Assembly: GCA_947630945.1 (NCBI GenBank)
Contig: CANRJN010000001.1
Span: 1-57,939, forward strand
DNA from: an uncultured Bacilli bacterium
GTDB lineage: Bacteria > Bacillota_I > Bacilli_A > RF39 > UBA660
Reading direction: 5' to 3'
DNA: 57,939 bases
Below are positions 18,467-27,464 of this stretch, piece after piece. The stretch's first letter is position 1. Each line of letters begins with the position of its first letter. The notes under the pieces were generated by a model. It saw nothing but the letters and a program-made list of their open reading frames with translations, did no database searches and was not told where the DNA came from. The translations under genes and the position numbers were made by a program.

Positions 18467-20290
18467 CTAATCTAAATATTTTTTTAATGCATAAATTAAT
18501 TTTTCATTATCCTCATTAGTTCTAATTGCCAAACGAATATAATTTAATCCTTTAAAAGAATTTTTTGTTTTTAAATCTTTTATAAAAATATTTTCATTTA
18601 AAAGTTTTATTGCAAGTTCAGTAGAATCGTAATTTTCCAGGTAACATAACAAGAAATTTGCTTGTGAAGGATAAACCTTTATTCCTTTTATTGTATTTAA
18701 TTTTTTTATAAAATTATTTCTTTCTTCTGAAATTTTATTACAAGAATTTATATATGTTTTTTTATATAAATTTGCTATTTGCAAAAAATATTCTCCATAA
18801 GAATTTATATTCCATATTGAAATAAATTGTTTTATTTTTTGCAATATTGCTTCATTACTCGTTCCTAAAACGCCTAAACGAACTCCTGGTACCCCATAAG
18901 ATTTACTAATACTTTTTATTACAATTAAATTGTTATATTCTTCTAATATTTTATTATCAAATAATGTATATCTGTCTTTTTCATCTGCAAAATCTATAAA
19001 TGATTCATCAAAAATAACTAATTTATTTAATTTCTTACTTTTTTGTAAAATTTTTAAGATATCTTTTTTATTTATAAATGCACCAGATGGATTATCAGGA
19101 TTAACTAAACAAATTATATCATTATTTTCTATTTCTTTAATAATACCTGAACAATTATATTTAAAATCATTTACTTTAAGATCATATAAGTTTAATTCAC
19201 AATTTTCAAAGCATCTAATGTATTCATTGAAAGAAGTTTTAGGAAGATACATTTTTCCTTTTAATATTCTACCTAATTCTTTTATTAATTCAGCAGCACC
19301 ATTACCAACACAAAGATATTTTTCATCGACATCATTTAATAATCTGCTAGCATTTATACATTCAACATATTGACCAGAAGGATATTGTGTTAAAAGTTTT
19401 TCAGAAAACATGTTTATTTTGTCAAACATTTCTTTTGGTGGAAAATAAGGATTAACCAAATAGCAATAATCCAATAAATTTTCAAATCTCCAGTATCCAC
19501 CATATCTTTTTTGAAAGCAAGCCAATTTATCTTTTCCTGTTGAAAAAATACATTTAGCAATATCTAAATCTTGTATATCATCGATTTCATACCATGGGAT
19601 ATCAGAAACATCTAATGCCTTTAAATTACTACGAGATAAATGAGCAATTATTTTTAAAACTAATTCATAATATTCATTTTCTCCATATGCCTTAATATAA
19701 CTATTTAAAAAAGGAATAAAAACTTGATTTATAAATACTTTACTAAATTTATATATATTAACTGTTTTATAGTAATTCTCCACTTCATTATAATTAAAGT
19801 CTTTTTTTTCTATAAATTCAATAACATTGTCATCTTTATCTATTTTAATTACAGTTCCATCCATCCATTGTTGGTATTTTGCCACAGATACAACATTATC
19901 ATATTTTGATTTAATTAATCTTTTTATTAAGCTATAATCATATATTAAATCTGATTCTAATAAAATAGTATCATCTTCCATTAATAAATCTTTTGCTAAA
20001 TATAAAGAATATATATTATTAGTTTTATCATATATTGGATTTTCAACAAATTCAATTTTTATTTTTTTTATTATTGGATTTTTACATTCACGAAGTAAAA
20101 AATTTTTTACATTTTCTCCTTTATATCCTAACACAATTATAAATTTATCTATACATTTTACAGAAACAAGTGCTTCAATAGTTCTCTCTAATAAGGTTTT
20201 ATCAAAAATTTCTAACATACATTTTGTATTACCCTTTGTATATTTTCCTAGTCTTTTTCCCATTCCTGCCGCTAACATTATTGCTTGCAT
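18467..20290 (-). CDS. Fusion: LicC-like sugar/alcohol-phosphate nucleotidyltransferase + class I/II PLP aminotransferase/decarboxylase (HisC/CobD-like)
   Basis: 607 aa. N-terminal MLAAGMGKRLG nucleotidyltransferase motif. C-terminal half has NPDNPSG and KSISKSYGVPGVRLG (PLP-Lys box). GGAGG Shine-Dalgarno upstream. Confidence 0.75.
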   Translation of the reverse strand: MQAIMLAAGMGKRLGKYTKGNTKCMLEIFDKTLLERTIEALVSVKCIDKFIIVLGYKGENVKNFLLRECKNPIIKKIKIEFVENPIYDKTNNIYSLYLAKDLLMEDDTILLESDLIYDYSLIKRLIKSKYDNVVSVAKYQQWMDGTVIKIDKDDNVIEFIEKKDFNYNEVENYYKTVNIYKFSKVFINQVFIPFLNSYIKAYGENEYYELVLKIIAHLSRSNLKALDVSDIPWYEIDDIQDLDIAKCIFSTGKDKLACFQKRYGGYWRFENLLDYCYLVNPYFPPKEMFDKINMFSEKLLTQYPSGQYVECINASRLLNDVDEKYLCVGNGAAELIKELGRILKGKMYLPKTSFNEYIRCFENCELNLYDLKVNDFKYNCSGIIKEIENNDIICLVNPDNPSGAFINKKDILKILQKSKKLNKLVIFDESFIDFADEKDRYTLFDNKILEEYNNLIVIKSISKSYGVPGVRLGVLGTSNEAILQKIKQFISIWNINSYGEYFLQIANLYKKTYINSCNKISEERNNFIKKLNTIKGIKVYPSQANFLLCYLENYDSTELAIKLLNENIFIKDLKTKNSFKGLNYIRLAIRTNEDNEKLIYALKKYLD

Positions 20291-20381
20291 TATACTTCCT
20301 CCAAAATTAAAAATAATTCTAATGATATTTATAAATTGTTATTAAAAAGCATTATATTATTTTATTGTTTTTTGCACTAAT

Positions 20382-20410
20382 ATTATAACTTATATATATA
20401 TATATTGCAA
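20382..20410 (-). promoter_or_regulatory. Near-consensus sigma-A promoter whose 17-nt spacer is mostly a (TA)7 tract
   Basis: Minus strand reads TTGCAA (20410-20405), tatatatatatataagt (17 nt), TATAAT (20387-20382). It lies ~90 nt upstream of the CDS starting at 20290 and just downstream of the LCP terminator. Confidence 0.55.
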
Positions 20411-20458
20411 GACTAAATTAAAAAAACTATTATTCACATTTATCATCGCTAGCCATTA

Positions 20459-20483
20459 AAAAACTATCAAATTGATAGTTTTT
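20459..20483 (-). terminator. Rho-independent terminator of the LCP gene
   Basis: Perfect 12-nt inverted repeat aaaaactatcaa / ttgatagttttt around one central base. On the minus strand it is followed by a T-run, 11 nt past the stop at 20494. Confidence 0.6.
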
Positions 20484-20493
20484 AATTTTTATA

Positions 20494-21942
20494 TTATTTT
20501 TCATTTAAAATTGTATTCATTTTTTCCTTAGCAGTATTAACCATTTTCATATCAGGTTCCATAACATATAATAATCTATTAGAACCTAAACTATATGTAT
20601 AATTATGGCTATCAGAACCACTTACTGAATATGTTTCAATACTCCATCCTGACATTTCATTTATTTGTTGTTTTATAAATGAGGTTATTGTATTTGTTGA
20701 CATATTAGTTTGAAAAGAGCCTTCTAATGATTCTAAAATACTATTATATTTACTTATCAATACTTTTGAACTTGTAACTTTACTAATAATTGCACTAATA
20801 ACTTTTTGTTGATTTTCACCTCTAACACGATCTCCTGTTAAAAAGGCTTTTCTTTCTCTTGCAAATGCTAATGCTTGCTTTCCGTTTAAATGATTTTTTC
20901 CCTTTTTTATATGTACACTTTTATCAGCAGATGCTGTAAATGCTTTATCAGATACCACATCGACACCACCTATTGCATCTACTACTTTTATTACTGTATC
21001 AAAGTTTACTTTTAAATAATAACTAATATCTATATCATAAAAGTTTTCTAAAGTTTCTACACTTTTATCAATTCCATACATTCCAGCATGAGTTAATTTA
21101 TCTTTAAGTCCTCCACTAGTACCAGCAAGTTGTACATAATAATCTCTTGGGGTATTAACTAAAAGTATTTTATGTGTTAATGGGTTTACAACTGCAAGCT
21201 GATTTACATCACTTCTACCTCTTGCCGTTTTTAATTGCCCATATTGGTCAATTCCACTAATATACATTATAAATGGCTTATTTTCAAAAGAGTCATTTAC
21301 TTCTTTATCTTTTTTTAAGGTTACCTCAAATTCATATATTGTTTTAGTTTTATCTCCAAAATTTTCTACCTCTTCTTGTAACATAGCATAATAACTAGTT
21401 TCAACACATAATGCCTCTACTTTCTTTTCAAGTAATTGACTAGACAATTCCCCCATATTATCTGTAACTATTTCATCATATTCTATTTTTTTGTTTAAAT
21501 TACTTTCTATTTCTTTTTCATATTCATCTAATATATACTCTACTTTTTTGTTTTTAAGATCACCTATTTTAGTAAAATTAGAATCTTTTAAAACAACAAC
21601 ATTAAAGATTAATTTTTCTTCTTTTTCTTGAATATTACCTAAAAAATCATTAGTATTTTTAAGAAAAACATATCCAATTAGAAAAATTATAGAAATTATA
21701 AAACTAAATATATAAGATATAATTTTCACAATTTTATTTTTTATTTTAAATGATAATAAATTTAAAATAAAAAATATTACAATTACTATAATAAAATATA
21801 TAATTAAATATTTATTTGGCAAAATATTAGTCTTTAATAATGTTCCACTAAATAGAACTAAGCTAATTAATAACAACAATGAAAATAACATACTTATTAA
21901 TAAAAATTTTTTTAATTTTTTCTTGACAACTCTTTTTTTCAT
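20494..21942 (-). CDS. LytR-CpsA-Psr (LCP) family glycopolymer-to-peptidoglycan ligase
   Basis: 482 aa with N-terminal TM segments. RSDVNQLAVVNPLTHKILLVNTPRDYYV and HLNGKQALAFARER are typical LCP-domain blocks. Confidence 0.85.
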   Translation of the reverse strand: MKKRVVKKKLKKFLLISMLFSLLLLISLVLFSGTLLKTNILPNKYLIIYFIIVIVIFFILNLLSFKIKNKIVKIISYIFSFIISIIFLIGYVFLKNTNDFLGNIQEKEEKLIFNVVVLKDSNFTKIGDLKNKKVEYILDEYEKEIESNLNKKIEYDEIVTDNMGELSSQLLEKKVEALCVETSYYAMLQEEVENFGDKTKTIYEFEVTLKKDKEVNDSFENKPFIMYISGIDQYGQLKTARGRSDVNQLAVVNPLTHKILLVNTPRDYYVQLAGTSGGLKDKLTHAGMYGIDKSVETLENFYDIDISYYLKVNFDTVIKVVDAIGGVDVVSDKAFTASADKSVHIKKGKNHLNGKQALAFARERKAFLTGDRVRGENQQKVISAIISKVTSSKVLISKYNSILESLEGSFQTNMSTNTITSFIKQQINEMSGWSIETYSVSGSDSHNYTYSLGSNRLLYVMEPDMKMVNTAKEKMNTILNEK

Positions 21943-22074
21943 ATTCTACTTCCTTTTTTTAAGCAAATTAATTATAACACACTACTTTAATTGTATCAAG
22001 ATATAATTAGTACACACGTTGATTTACCTTAAAATACTTGATATAATGTATTTACAAATTATTAGGAGATGAAA

Positions 22075-23064
22075 ATGAAAGAAGAATTAAAAAAATTAAA
22101 AATAATGAAACCTATATTAAACAGTAGAAAGAAAAAACAAATAAAAAAAGAATTTTTAAATGAATATAAAGAATTTAATCATTATTATACAAATAGCGAA
22201 AATATATTAAACAAATTAGAATATACAATGCTTCTAAATATTCATGCATTAGAAAAAGGAATGCTTAATGATAATCCAAGACCTTTTGGTAAAGAAAAAA
22301 TTAATACACTTTTAAATTCTTTAAATCAATATTATTTACATTCAAATAACAAAAATATAAATAGTTTTGCAGTTGAATTAACAATAAGTATTCTTAATTC
22401 ATATATAAATTTTTATAAAAAAAATAATTGGGAAAATAAAGAGGAGTATAATCAAGTTTTAAACTTTCTAAAATCTTATAAAAAGAACAATTTATTATCA
22501 GGGGCTCATACTATTGAAAAAGAGAAGTTTATAGACAATACGAAATTTGATTTTTTTAGTTTTTTAAAAAGTAGACATTCAACTAGATCTTTTAAAAATA
22601 TTCCATTAAAAAAAGAAGATATTAAAAAGGCTATTGAAATGGCAATTTTATCTCCCTCTGCTTGTAATAGACAAATGTGTAAAATATTCCATATAAAAAA
22701 TAAAGATTTAATAATAAATTATTTATCAGGAATAGGAAATTTTGATTTAAAAAATAACATTGATTTTTTTCTAGTAACATTTGATATGGATAATTACTTA
22801 TTTTTAAGTGATAGGCATGAAGGTTGGTTTAATGCTGGGCTTATAAGTATGAATTTTGTAAATGCATTGCACTCATTAGGAATAGGTTCTTGTTTTTTAC
22901 AATTTGGAAATTTACTTAAAGAAGAAAAAGAATTAAAAGAAAAATTAAATATACCGCTAAACAATAGAATAGCAATTGTTATCGCAGCAGGATATTATAA
23001 AGATTCTTTCAAAGTTGCTTATAGCACTAGAAAAAATATTAATGATGTGTATTTTGAATTATAA
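22075..23064 (+). CDS. Nitroreductase-family flavoprotein with N-terminal extension
   Basis: SRHSTRSF and SPSACNRQ motifs of the nitroreductase fold in the C-terminal half. AGGAG (22064-22068) is spaced correctly for the ATG at 22075 rather than the ORF-track ATG at 22069. Confidence 0.7.
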   Translation: MKEELKKLKIMKPILNSRKKKQIKKEFLNEYKEFNHYYTNSENILNKLEYTMLLNIHALEKGMLNDNPRPFGKEKINTLLNSLNQYYLHSNNKNINSFAVELTISILNSYINFYKKNNWENKEEYNQVLNFLKSYKKNNLLSGAHTIEKEKFIDNTKFDFFSFLKSRHSTRSFKNIPLKKEDIKKAIEMAILSPSACNRQMCKIFHIKNKDLIINYLSGIGNFDLKNNIDFFLVTFDMDNYLFLSDRHEGWFNAGLISMNFVNALHSLGIGSCFLQFGNLLKEEKELKEKLNIPLNNRIAIVIAAGYYKDSFKVAYSTRKNINDVYFEL

Positions 23065-23088
23065 AAATTAGCATGAAGCTAATTTTTT
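23064..23088. terminator. Bidirectional hairpin terminator between convergent genes
   Basis: aaaattagc / gctaatttt stem around the loop atgaa, followed by T-run. Lies between the nitroreductase stop and the stop of the minus-strand gene at 23090. Confidence 0.55.
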
Positions 23089-23089
23089 A

Positions 23090-23428
23090 TTATATTGCGA
23101 TTAAAAATGCACCAATTATTATAGAAACTATTCCTATAATTTTTTTCTTTGTAATATTCTCATTTAAAAATTTATTAGAAATTATTAAAGTCCAAACATA
23201 AGTTAATGAATTTAATGGCAATACAATAGAATAATTTAAATATTTTAATAAATATATATTAATTAAAGCACCTATTATATATAATAGTCCTCCTACATAT
23301 AAATATTTATTTTTTATTAAATCTTTGAACTTATTATTAGAAGATTTTTTTAAAAAATAAGATGCAATTGAACCAATAAATGTCATAAATAATAATATAA
23401 CATAATACTTAATCATTCTCACCACCAC
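23090..23428 (-). CDS. Small 4-TM EamA/SMR-like transporter subunit (ArnE/ArnF-like)
   Basis: 112 aa, four hydrophobic helices. Overlaps its paralogous partner by 20 nt, giving the paired half-size DMT architecture. Confidence 0.65.
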   Translation of the reverse strand: MVVRMIKYYVILLFMTFIGSIASYFLKKSSNNKFKDLIKNKYLYVGGLLYIIGALINIYLLKYLNYSIVLPLNSLTYVWTLIISNKFLNENITKKKIIGIVSIIIGAFLIAI

Positions 23429-23750
23429 TTATTAAAATAACTCCAATTATTATTATAAATATTCCTATAAAATCCTTTACTAATATTTTTTCATGTAAGA
23501 CAATTGAACCAAAAATAATAGTAAAAATATAATTTGAACTTAATATTGGTTGTAATATTGATAATTCGCCATATTTATAAGCAACAATCATAAATAAAGC
23601 ACCTATTCCATATAATAAAAATCCAATCAATAAATATATTAAATTTTTATCAATTGAAATTTTCCAAAATAATTGTCCAATGCAAACACAAAAAGAAGAA
23701 AAAATCATCAATATAATTCCTTTTTTATTTTTTTTAATAGAATTTAGCAT
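23409..23750 (-). CDS. Small 4-TM EamA/SMR-like transporter subunit (ArnE/ArnF-like)
   Basis: 113 aa. GQLFWKISI...LSILQPILSSNYIFT...GIFIIIIGVILI resembles a single EamA repeat. Confidence 0.65.
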   Translation of the reverse strand: MLNSIKKNKKGIILMIFSSFCVCIGQLFWKISIDKNLIYLLIGFLLYGIGALFMIVAYKYGELSILQPILSSNYIFTIIFGSIVLHEKILVKDFIGIFIIIIGVILISGGEND

Positions 23751-23770
23751 ACATTTTCCTTTCTAATTTT

Positions 23771-25795
23771 TTATATTAAATTAAGTACATTATAATGAGA
23801 TATAGTTTGAATAAAAATAAATATTAATGAAATTGATAATATTGATAGAATACAATAAACTATATATAAGCATAATTTATTATTATCTTTTGAAAATAAT
23901 ATTTTTTTGAAATATTTATAAAACAAATAACAAAATGTATATATTAAAAGAATTATTAATAAAATAGCTATCATTCTATTGGGATTTGAAAAATTACGAT
24001 AATAATTATCTTTATTTGTTAAGGGAGATACTATATATAAAACTTGTTTGAAATTAATTGCATTTTTTATTACTTCAATGATTAAAATTGTAAAGAGTAA
24101 AATATTTATAAACTTTATCTTTTTTATTTCTTCAAAATTTATAATACATAATAAAAATGGTAAAAATATAAAATGACAAGTATATATGAATATTTGGGAA
24201 TTTCCATAAAACATATGTAAAATAAAATTGTAAAAAATAGATAATAATATTGTAACATTTAATATTCTATTCTTTTTAAAATTTTTTATAAAAAAGGCTA
24301 CAATTATTAAATAGAATAAACAAGTAAATATTAGTGATAAAATATCTACGTTTTTGAATGCTATACTCTCTTTTTCATTTAAAATAACAGAAGATGAAAT
24401 TATTGAATTAATATATCCATTTTTAATAAGATTTAAAGTTCTATCTTTATTAATTTCAAAATCAATATAATTTTTTTCACTAATATAATTATCTGTTGAT
24501 AAACCTAATATAGGGGTATTGCGCCATATAAAATTTTGTAAATGAGATAATAAAATAGATGAAATAATAATTGTTATTCCTATTAATATCGCCTTTTTTA
24601 AATTTATTTTCTTTGATATTAAAAGCATAAATAAAATAATTAAAAAGGCTATTACATTAGTTACTGTTATAGATATACTTAAAATTCCCAAAATACATAA
24701 ATAAATTAAATCTAAATTTGTTGCTTTTTCTTTTTTAAATATTAATATTGTTAAAAGCCACAATAATATAAAAAATAATCCAGCAATGTTATAAGTTTCT
24801 GCAACAGATCCAAAAATAATATTTGTAAAGGAAAAACCAAAAATTAAAGAAATTATTATTTTAGAAACATTATTTTTTATAAATATCGTTGTTATTTTAT
24901 ACATTAAACTTATAGTAAAAGCACTAATAAATGCTGAAAAAATTATAGCAGCAATTGTAGCATTATGTGATATTCCTTTTAAAATTAATACAAATGGTGA
25001 TGTAATCAAAACAAACAATGGATGTACTTTTATTCTTTTATGTGGAGCAAATATATCAGTCATATCATCTAAAACTCTACCAATATCCAATCCAAAAATT
25101 ATATCCATTTTTGTCTCAACACTATAAATATAAGTTAAATGTACTCCTAATATCAAATATATTGTAAAAAAGAATAAAAATATTAAAAATGCAATTTTAT
25201 TATCTTTTTTCTTTTTAAATTTTTCATCTGTCCATTCTTCTATTTTACCATTACATACTATATAGGATTTTTTTGATTTTTCTGCTAAAAATCTATCACT
25301 ATAAGAATCTGAATAAAATTTTTCTATTTTTATGTTTTTAGGCAATTGATTTAATTTTTCTATTCCTTTACAATTTTCTCCTTTAATTTTTCCTGTTTTT
25401 TTATCCATATCTGTTGCTATTAATTTAACTTTTTTTAAATTATTAACATATCCTTCTAATAAAAATTTAGGAGAAGCACTTATAATATAAATAGTAGGTC
25501 TTCCTTCTATATCTAATATTTCATTAAAAAAATTATATATTTTATTTTTATTTTTATTCCAAAATAATCTTACCATTTCATCTATATTTTCAAATTCCTT
25601 TAAAAAACTAAAAAAATGTTCTTTGAATTCTTTTGTTGATATAATTTTTAAAGTATGTAAAATAAAATAATAAATAATAGCTGGAATATATTTCAATAAT
25701 TTAAATTTTTTTCTTAAACAAAATAAAAAGAAATTTATTGAACTATCACCATCATAAATTGTTTTATCAAAATCATAAATATATACTTTTTCCAT
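23771..25795 (-). CDS. Fusion: cytoplasmic HAD-type phosphatase domain + large polytopic GT-C-like membrane domain
   Basis: 674 aa. N-terminal YIYDFDKTIYDGDS (HAD DxDxT) within ~195 aa, then more than 10 predicted TM helices with an acidic first loop (GLDIGRVLDDMTDIF). Overlaps the UbiA gene by 23 nt. Confidence 0.55.
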   Translation of the reverse strand: MEKVYIYDFDKTIYDGDSSINFFLFCLRKKFKLLKYIPAIIYYFILHTLKIISTKEFKEHFFSFLKEFENIDEMVRLFWNKNKNKIYNFFNEILDIEGRPTIYIISASPKFLLEGYVNNLKKVKLIATDMDKKTGKIKGENCKGIEKLNQLPKNIKIEKFYSDSYSDRFLAEKSKKSYIVCNGKIEEWTDEKFKKKKDNKIAFLIFLFFFTIYLILGVHLTYIYSVETKMDIIFGLDIGRVLDDMTDIFAPHKRIKVHPLFVLITSPFVLILKGISHNATIAAIIFSAFISAFTISLMYKITTIFIKNNVSKIIISLIFGFSFTNIIFGSVAETYNIAGLFFILLWLLTILIFKKEKATNLDLIYLCILGILSISITVTNVIAFLIILFMLLISKKINLKKAILIGITIIISSILLSHLQNFIWRNTPILGLSTDNYISEKNYIDFEINKDRTLNLIKNGYINSIISSSVILNEKESIAFKNVDILSLIFTCLFYLIIVAFFIKNFKKNRILNVTILLSIFYNFILHMFYGNSQIFIYTCHFIFLPFLLCIINFEEIKKIKFINILLFTILIIEVIKNAINFKQVLYIVSPLTNKDNYYRNFSNPNRMIAILLIILLIYTFCYLFYKYFKKILFSKDNNKLCLYIVYCILSILSISLIFIFIQTISHYNVLNLI

Positions 25796-26642
25796 ATAAT
25801 ACCACTCCTATATAAATAATATAAACAAGTATACTAATCAATAAAATTTTGTCATGCAATAAAGTTTCTACAGGATCAGATAAATATGCATCAGTATTTT
25901 CAATATCTAAACTATATTTCATAACAATAAATATAATTATGAAAATACTATATAATAATAAATCACTTTCAAAATTCATGCACCATAAAGAATAAAAAAC
26001 TAATGTTAAAGCCAAATAAATATGCATAAATTTATCTAAAAATTGAGAATTATAGTATTTTAAAACTTTTCTTGATGTATCTTTGCTTTTTTGAAGTTCA
26101 CCTTTTCTTTTTCCTAAAACTAAATACAATGAAAAACTTAATACTGTTAAATACAACCAATTTGATATTTCAATATTTAAAAAGCTTCCACCAAAATATA
26201 CTCTAAGTATAAAACCCATTGCTAAAATTAAAATATCTAATATAGGAATATGCTTGGCATAAAAACTATAAAATATGTTAATTAATATATATGCAAAAAC
26301 AATAAGTGTTGAATATATAAATGTATTTATTGTCAACATATTAAAATGTAATAATGAACACTGAATTAAAATTATTAGTAGTAATAATACTAATACAAAA
26401 TATTTTGCTTCACTCTTTTTTATTTTTCCTGATGCAATAGGTCTATTTTTTTTAATTGGATGTATCCTATCTTTTTCATAATCTTGTATATCATTAATTA
26501 TATAAATTGTTGAAGCAGCAAAGCAAAAGACAACAAATTCAATTGTTGTTAATAATAACATATTAAAATCAAAAAAATTACCACTAAATATTAATGGTAA
26601 AAAAATTAAAAGATTTTTTATATAATGTTTGACACGTGCCAA
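25773..26642 (-). CDS. UbiA-family prenyltransferase, decaprenyl-phosphate phosphoribosyltransferase (DPPR synthase)-like
   Basis: 289 aa. YIKNLLIFLPLIF N-terminal block and INDIQDYEKDRIHPIKKNRPIASG (NDxxDxxxD) motif. The ORF-track start is a TTG without a Shine-Dalgarno, so the start region is problematic (see findings). Confidence 0.75.
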   Translation of the reverse strand: MARVKHYIKNLLIFLPLIFSGNFFDFNMLLLTTIEFVVFCFAASTIYIINDIQDYEKDRIHPIKKNRPIASGKIKKSEAKYFVLVLLLLIILIQCSLLHFNMLTINTFIYSTLIVFAYILINIFYSFYAKHIPILDILILAMGFILRVYFGGSFLNIEISNWLYLTVLSFSLYLVLGKRKGELQKSKDTSRKVLKYYNSQFLDKFMHIYLALTLVFYSLWCMNFESDLLLYSIFIIIFIVMKYSLDIENTDAYLSDPVETLLHDKILLISILVYIIYIGVVLYGKSIYL

Positions 26643-26645
26643 AGT

Positions 26646-26662
26646 TATATATATATATATAT
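26646..26662. repeat. (TA)8 dinucleotide tract between an SD-ATG and the UbiA reading frame
   Basis: tatatatatatatatat read directly. It lies between ATG 26671-26669 (AGGAG 7 nt upstream) and the TTG at 26642. Confidence 0.9.
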
Positions 26663-26681
26663 GCGATTCATTTTTTTACTC

Positions 26682-27434
26682 CTATTGTATATTTTTAGAA
26701 TTCTTTTTACTTCTCTTTACACTATTTTGCTTTTTTAACTCTTCTATTTCTTCTTTTATACCCATTTTATTAATATATGCATGTTCTCTTTTGAATACTG
26801 TTGCAATTGTTTTGAATATAATTTTTACATCTTGCATTAAAGAATAATTTTTTACATATTCTAAATCATAATTTATTTTTTCAAAAATTGATATACTATT
26901 TCTTCCGTTTACTTGTGCAAGTCCTGTAATTCCAGGTAAAACGCTAACTCTCTTTCTTTGAGTTTTATTCATATTTTCATAATATTCTGGAATCCATGGT
27001 CTAGGTCCAACAAAAGACATTTCACCTTTTAAAATATTAATTAATTGAGGAAGTTCATCTAATGATGTTAATCTTAATAATTTTCCTACTTTTGTAAATT
27101 CATCTTCTTTACTGAAATCTCTTACATCGTTATTTATTTTCATTGATCTAAATTTTATTAAATTAAATGTTTTACCATTCTTTCCTGTTCTTTCTTGTTT
27201 AAAAAATACTGAATCTTTATCACCAGACAATAAAAATGATATTTTAACTATTGCAATTATAGGTATTAAACCAATAACACCTAAAAAAGCAACAAAAACA
27301 TCAAATGTTCTTTTAAAAATACTATATACTATTTTAGATATTTTTGTTTTATTTTTTGTCTTTGCTTTTATATTTTCATTAACAATATCAATATAATTAG
27401 TATCATCCATAAAAACTGCCTCATTATTTTCCAT
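26682..27434 (-). CDS. Initiating polyprenyl-phosphate phosphoglycosyl transferase (bacterial sugar transferase, WbaP/PglC-like)
   Basis: 250 aa with one TM/re-entrant helix. FFKQERTGKNGKTFNLIKFRSM and LDELPQLINILKGEMSFVGPRP are Bac_transf signature blocks. Confidence 0.9.
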   Translation of the reverse strand: MENNEAVFMDDTNYIDIVNENIKAKTKNKTKISKIVYSIFKRTFDVFVAFLGVIGLIPIIAIVKISFLLSGDKDSVFFKQERTGKNGKTFNLIKFRSMKINNDVRDFSKEDEFTKVGKLLRLTSLDELPQLINILKGEMSFVGPRPWIPEYYENMNKTQRKRVSVLPGITGLAQVNGRNSISIFEKINYDLEYVKNYSLMQDVKIIFKTIATVFKREHAYINKMGIKEEIEELKKQNSVKRSKKNSKNIQ

Positions 27435-27464
27435 GATAAACTAACACCCCTTAAATTTTGTTAT

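Noticed and set aside
18930-19909. Plus-strand ORFs 18930..19373 and 19724..19909
   Set aside because: Antisense to the nucleotidyltransferase-aminotransferase gene, which has clear motifs throughout.
22075-23064. Nitroreductase-fold protein as the missing oxidoreductase (DprE1-like step) of the UbiA module
   Set aside because: It is on the opposite strand with its own promoter and terminator. The fold is unrelated to DprE1/DprE2, so any link would be pure speculation.
26629-26847. 72-aa plus-strand ORF across the UbiA start / sugar-transferase stop
   Set aside because: It overlaps two supported minus-strand genes and the (TA)8 tract. There is no Shine-Dalgarno and the translation is low-complexity.
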